A stretch of DNA of 32,000 bases from a cyanobacterium endosymbiont of Braarudosphaera bigelowii (GTDB lineage: Bacteria > Cyanobacteriota > Cyanobacteriia > Cyanobacteriales > Microcystaceae). Shown piece by piece: positions 28,801 through 32,000 of the stretch. A model generated the notes under the pieces. The model saw nothing but the letters and a program-made list of their open reading frames with translations, had not been told where the DNA came from and searched no databases. Each line of letters starts with the position of its first letter. Position 1 is the first letter of the stretch. Made by a program: the position numbers and the translations under genes. Where the stretch lies: assembly GCF_020885515.1 (NCBI RefSeq), contig NZ_AP024987.1, positions 1,170,001-1,202,000 on the forward strand. The letters run 5' to 3'.

Positions 28801-28906
28801 CAAAAAAGTTAATTTATTGGAACAAGAAGTTGATCAAAATAAATACTTAGTTAAGCCCTGGGAGATTATAAGTTTTATGCTTATAGATAAAAATTTATGT
28901 AATTAA
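25802..28906 (+). CDS. Glycoside hydrolase family 38 alpha-mannosidase-like protein
   Basis: 1034 aa. GH38 hallmarks are intact: GHAHLDMAWLW (metal site), WLPDSFGF (nucleophile region), HRGCYTTH and QFHDILPGTS. The long C-terminal beta-rich region is typical of GH38. Confidence 0.9.
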   Translation: MKVPEFTQKLRQLTTVNIQNNWFTNSEEVKTNIIDFTDLDLMVVDKKEFLTWNAGSQTKWLIQEIIIQESLNGYCLKGFSLRLSLTWWAEKVQIFVNKKLVQVGDLFDSSARILLTSSVKKERKIVVSLCLTSPSHDIGALMKSQLIYEKNHHLIDPGFLADEIDILYKYLYTFKPNKVNFLEKQINRFDWTSINNSEHFNNQIYQMRWKLMSLSNDIKKRNFNILGHAHLDMAWLWTINETWEIGKRTFQSVINLQNDFKDLTFCHTSPALYEWIEKKQPDLFQEIMTQSRKNKWEVLGGMWIEPEVNLVSGESLVRQVLYGQRYIKEKFGETTKVAWLPDSFGFCLQLPQIFKLSEIDYFVTGKLHWGRSVKFPHSIFWWKSLDGTKILTLMSPPNTEGVVNTKPGTMTDYSVQWEKETQLKEIFWIPGIGDHGGGPTRDMLKVVNRWSRSPFFPNITFTTAKKYLDKVFNIIKNELNIPTWDDELYLDLHRGCYTTHADQKYFNRRTEELLYKAELWVSISSIIDNKSVSENTRNSIQSAWKQTLLNQFHDILPGTSTSDVFIEANKGWKKTKSIAEEVLNKALRKIVSYIEYPPAPHIFAKPIVIFNHLNWERSEVIELDTQGDKYEVFDLNHNKLCIQMSHSNKLLFCADNIPSIGYKIFWIIPSNKVTYTKTKVTEEKDCNFTLENSFLMVEISRETGNIATIYDKVNHCNVLKTEGNQLESFQDKGQYWDAWNIDPEYNKYPLPNATLKFIEVLEKGPIQWKIRVIKKIGQSQFIQDYILQINSSILEIETTVDWKETYVLVKASFHFSIRGDYTSYEIPFGSIKRTNLSKTSYEKSKWEVPSLRWADITDNNNSYGVSLLNDCKYGYDSRNDLLRLTLLKSPRWPDSNCDKGIHQFSYAIYPHKGTTKEAKTIHKAHEFNMPLQVIRINSQYKCRAKLPPVFSGISINNDNLILSAFKPSEDKKYNYILRCYESEGEKTNIDFRSDLELRLDKKVNLLEQEVDQNKYLVKPWEIISFMLIDKNLCN

Positions 28907-28982
28907 AGTTTAGTACATATTTTGTTTTTATATAATAATGTAAAAAAACTTATACATAAGGATTTTTTAATCAATTAAAATA

Positions 28983-29624
28983 TTAATAACTATTATTACT
29001 CAACCAAGTAATTGCTACCCTTAATAATTCTTCTATATCTATCTTTTTTAATAAGAATTTATTATTTTGTAAATAAGTAGTTGCAAGATTAACTTCTTTA
29101 TGACTGTAACCTAAAGATAATAAGGTCAATTGAATATCTTCCAACATACCTTCATATGAAATACAAAAAGATGATTCTGCTTTTATTTCAAATAACTCCA
29201 TTAATTTTAATAATTTACTATTTAATTCTAAAATTATTCTTTCAGCTGTCTTCTTACCTACTCCAGGTGATTTAGATAATGTTTTAATATCACCTGAACA
29301 AACTGCTTTTATTAACTCTTCTGAACCTAACGTGTTAAGCAAAGTGATTGATAATTGTGCCCCAATACCAGTAATATTTACTAGCTGACGAAAAATCTCT
29401 TGTTCCAACTTATCAATAAATCCATATAAAATCTGGCAATCTTCTCGTATTTGCATGTGTATAAAAACTTTAATTTGATCTGATTTCCTATCAGATATTT
29501 TTTTTGCTAGCTTGGAAGTAATTTGTAATTCATATCCTATTTGATTAACTTCCATAACTAAAATTATTCGATTTTTAGTATTGTTTACAATCTCGACAAA
29601 TTTTCCCTTAAGATAGTGAATCAC
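28983..29624 (-). CDS. ruvA: Holliday junction branch migration complex subunit RuvA
   Basis: 213 aa with N-terminus MIHYLKGKF. Two helix-hairpin-helix motifs are present (ITGIGAQLS and SPGVGKKTAERIILEL), plus a C-terminal domain III-like segment. Confidence 0.9.
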   Translation of the reverse strand: MIHYLKGKFVEIVNNTKNRIILVMEVNQIGYELQITSKLAKKISDRKSDQIKVFIHMQIREDCQILYGFIDKLEQEIFRQLVNITGIGAQLSITLLNTLGSEELIKAVCSGDIKTLSKSPGVGKKTAERIILELNSKLLKLMELFEIKAESSFCISYEGMLEDIQLTLLSLGYSHKEVNLATTYLQNNKFLLKKIDIEELLRVAITWLSNNSY

Positions 29625-29837
29625 AAGCGCCTTATATATTGATTAACAGTAAAATTGCAACAAAATTATTAAATTTGATATTATCAAAGAAAATATAACT
29701 TTAACAATAATCTTCTGTCTATATCTGAAGTTTGATATTTGAAACGATATTTTTATGGAGTAAAATAAACAGTTAAAGCCTATTTTTTTAAAAAAATAAT
29801 TATTCTTCTTAGAACTCCTTTCAATTAGTAATTATTG

Positions 29838-29874
29838 AAATTAACTTATATTTTTAAAAAATATAAGTTAATTT
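29838..29874. repeat. 37-bp palindrome (18-bp perfect arms around one central base) in the ruvA/psaA divergent spacer
   Basis: aaattaacttatattttt (29838-29855) is the exact reverse complement of aaaaatataagttaattt (29857-29874). It is immediately preceded by, and overlaps by 3 nt, a 7-bp hairpin tttcaat (29819-29825) / attgaaa (29834-29840). Confidence 0.55.
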
Positions 29875-30255
29875 ATTTATGTCGAAAATTAGAGTGATTT
29901 CTGAATATTTAAACTTAGTAACTAAGCTTAAGATTTTTATTTTTCTATAAGCTGATCGAAGACCTTCTTTTTTAGTTCGATATGTCTTTAGTGAAGCTTT
30001 ACCTAAAAAGGCGGCACTATAAATGTAAACCTAATCTTAATAATTGTTAAGCTTCTTTCTCAGAACATAGATCTAACCTTTATTATTTATGATGAATGGA
30101 ATGCTTTTGATTGCTTTGCTTGGAACTAAATTGAAACAGGCATACTAAAATGCGGTCATGTAGATAAAGCAAGTTGTTTTATCATCAATGGATGCTGCAC
30201 TCAAAAGAAAAACCTTAAAGTTTATAAAGTTTATTGTCGAGAGAGAAGAACCCTC

Positions 30256-32000
30256 ATGGCAAAAGGTACTGAGGCGAGAGCTAAGGTTATAGTAGATATC
30301 GATCCAGTGCCCACCTCTTTTGAAAAATGGGGTGAGCCAGGACATTTTGATCGCACTTTGGTTCGAGGTCCCAAAACTACTACTTGGATTTGGAACCTCC
30401 ATGCTAATGCACACGATTTTGATAGTCAAACAGATGATCTAGAAGATGTTTCACGGAAAATTTTCAGTGCGCACTTTGGTCATCTAGCCGTTATTTTTGT
30501 TTGGCTGAGCGGCATGTTTTTTCATGGCGCAAAATTTTCTAATTATGAAGCGTGGTTAACTAACCCAACACTTATCAAGCCTAGCGCTCAAGTTGTTTGG
30601 CCAGTCGTAGGCCAAGGAATTTTAAACGGAGATATGGGTGGTGGTTTTCATGGTATTCAGATCACCTCTGGTCTGTTCTATCTATGGAGATCCTCAGGTT
30701 ATACTAATAGCTATCAACTCTATGCTACTGCCATTGGTGCATTAGTCATGGCTGCTTTAATGTTGTTTGCTGGATGGTTCCATTACCATAAAAAAGCTCC
30801 CAAGCTTGAATGGTTTCAGAACGTGGAATCCATGCTTAATCATCATGTAGCGGGAATATTAGGATTAGGTTGCCTTTCTTGGGCAGGTCATTTAATTCAT
30901 GTTTCTTTACCAGTTAATAAGTTGTTAGATGCTGGGGTAGCTATCAAGGATATCCCTCTTCCTCATGAGTTTTTCGATGCTAGCAAAATGGCCGAATTAT
31001 ATCCAAGTTTTGCTAACGGAGTAACTCCTTTCTTTACTTTGAATTGGGGAGCATATTCAGATTTCTTAACTTTTAATGGTGGACTAAATCCACAGACAGG
31101 AAGCTTGTGGCTTACTGATATAGCTCATCACCATTTAGCAGTTGCTGTCCTTTTTATAATTGGCGGCCATGTTTATAGAACTAACTGGAATATTGGTCAT
31201 GGGATGAAAGAGCTTCTTGATGCTCATCAAGGTCCTCTTACAGGAGAAGGTCATAAAGGCTTATATGAAATTTTAACTACTTCATGGCATGCCCAGTTAG
31301 CAGTCAATTTAGCGCTGTTAGGGTCATTGAGTATCATAATAGCTCAGCATATGTATGCTATGCCTCCTTACCCTTATTTGGCAACTGATTATGCGACTCA
31401 GCTATCTTTATTTACCCATCATATGTGGATTGGTGGATTTTTAATAGTTGGTGCTGGTGCGCATGGTGCAATCTTTATGATAAGAGATTACAATCCTGCC
31501 CAAAATGTCGATAACCTCTTGGATAGAGTAATTCGTCATCGTGACGCAATAATCTCCCATCTTAATTGGGTTTGTATGTTTCTTGGTTTTCATAGTTTTG
31601 GACTCTATGTTCACAACGATACTATGAGAGCACTAGGACGTCCACAAGACATGTTTTCAGATTCAGCTATTCAATTACAGCCAATTTTTGCTCAATGGTT
31701 GCAGAATATTCACACACTAGCACCTAGTGGAACAGCACCTCATGCACTAGCAACTGCTAGCTATGCTTTCGGTGGTGATACTATTGCAATTGCTGATAAA
31801 GTTGCTATGATGCCTATTACTTTAGGAACAGCTGATTTCATGATTCATCATGTTCATGCTTTTACTATTCATGTAACTGTTCTTATTCTTTTAAAAGGTG
31901 TACTGTATGCTCGTAGTTCTCGTCTTATTCCAGACAAGAATGAACTAGGATTCAGATTCTCTTGTGATGGTCCTGGACGAGGCGGTACTTGCCAAGTTTC
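30256..32000 (+). CDS. psaA: Photosystem I P700 chlorophyll a apoprotein A1 (PsaA), 5' partial, continues beyond the window
   Basis: My own translation from ATG 30256, with an in-frame TAA at 30217-30219 upstream, gives [58 protein letters not shown]... It stays open for 581 codons to the window end, finishing in ...[17 protein letters not shown] (FX loop). It is absent from the ORF track because no stop lies in the window. Confidence 0.97.
   Translation, partial: MAKGTEARAKVIVDIDPVPTSFEKWGEPGHFDRTLVRGPKTTTWIWNLHANAHDFDSQTDDLEDVSRKIFSAHFGHLAVIFVWLSGMFFHGAKFSNYEAWLTNPTLIKPSAQVVWPVVGQGILNGDMGGGFHGIQITSGLFYLWRSSGYTNSYQLYATAIGALVMAALMLFAGWFHYHKKAPKLEWFQNVESMLNHHVAGILGLGCLSWAGHLIHVSLPVNKLLDAGVAIKDIPLPHEFFDASKMAELYPSFANGVTPFFTLNWGAYSDFLTFNGGLNPQTGSLWLTDIAHHHLAVAVLFIIGGHVYRTNWNIGHGMKELLDAHQGPLTGEGHKGLYEILTTSWHAQLAVNLALLGSLSIIIAQHMYAMPPYPYLATDYATQLSLFTHHMWIGGFLIVGAGAHGAIFMIRDYNPAQNVDNLLDRVIRHRDAIISHLNWVCMFLGFHSFGLYVHNDTMRALGRPQDMFSDSAIQLQPIFAQWLQNIHTLAPSGTAPHALATASYAFGGDTIAIADKVAMMPITLGTADFMIHHVHAFTIHVTVLILLKGVLYARSSRLIPDKNELGFRFSCDGPGRGGTCQV

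Noticed and set aside
29781-29798. 18-bp palindrome tatttttttaaaaaaata (T7A7)
   Set aside because: It is a homopolymer-run low-complexity sequence and is more likely slippage-prone A/T tracts than a specific element.
29879-29950. 23-codon ORF (MSKIRVISEYLNLVTKLKIFIFL) upstream of psaA
   Set aside because: It has no similarity to any small PSI subunit or other small cyanobacterial protein I know. An ORF of this length is expected by chance.
30022-30030. HLR1-like half-site (tttacatt on the minus strand) upstream of psaA, a possible RpaB box
   Set aside because: Only one repeat unit matches. The required second direct repeat 2 nt away is absent.
30145-30429. 94-aa - strand ORF from the track
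   Set aside because: It overlaps the 5' end of psaA on the opposite strand. The psaA frame is unambiguous, so this ORF is spurious.
1-32000. Search for CRISPR arrays, tRNA/rRNA/tmRNA/RNase P genes, transposases, integrases, phage genes, toxin-antitoxin pairs or defence gene clusters
   Set aside because: I found no regularly spaced direct repeats and no GC-rich structured RNA-like islands in the spacers. Every ORF of 100 aa or more is accounted for by a housekeeping or hypothetical gene, so nothing supports such calls.

Overview
The window looks like an ordinary housekeeping stretch of a very AT-rich, reduced cyanobacterial chromosome. I call 22 protein genes on both strands: lspA, bioY, def, trpS, metK, rsmH, a DUF4168-like protein, gnd, a membrane GTPase, argC, an LCP protein, tkt, ftsH, a Ycf37-like TPR protein, a solute-binding protein, a small repeat protein, mnmE, a COG0523 GTPase, gloB, a GH38 alpha-mannosidase, ruvA and the 5' part of psaA. 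psaA is missing from the ORF track because it runs off the window end. These genes cover about 78% of the window. The spacers are roughly 80% A+T or more.

The PsaA, MetK and Tkt sequences look Crocosphaera/Cyanothece-like. Together with the low GC, the long spacers and PSI plus oxidative pentose phosphate genes, this makes me suspect a UCYN-A-type (Candidatus Atelocyanobacterium) genome. That is an inference I cannot verify here.

I see no tRNA or rRNA gene, CRISPR array, transposase, integrase, phage gene, toxin-antitoxin pair or recognisable defence or biosynthetic cluster. I do not think a multi-gene novel system is demonstrable from this sequence.

The points worth a second look are:
- a 119-aa ORF with 11 consecutive Gly-initiated hydrophobic pentads
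- a Pro-to-Ser change directly before the first FX cysteine in the Psa[13 protein letters not shown] motif
- a set of unusually long perfect AT-rich inverted repeats (15 to 26 bp arms), some at gene 3' ends and some inside divergent promoter spacers, including a 37-bp palindrome upstream of psaA
- an intact 1034-aa GH38 mannosidase retained in an apparently streamlined genome
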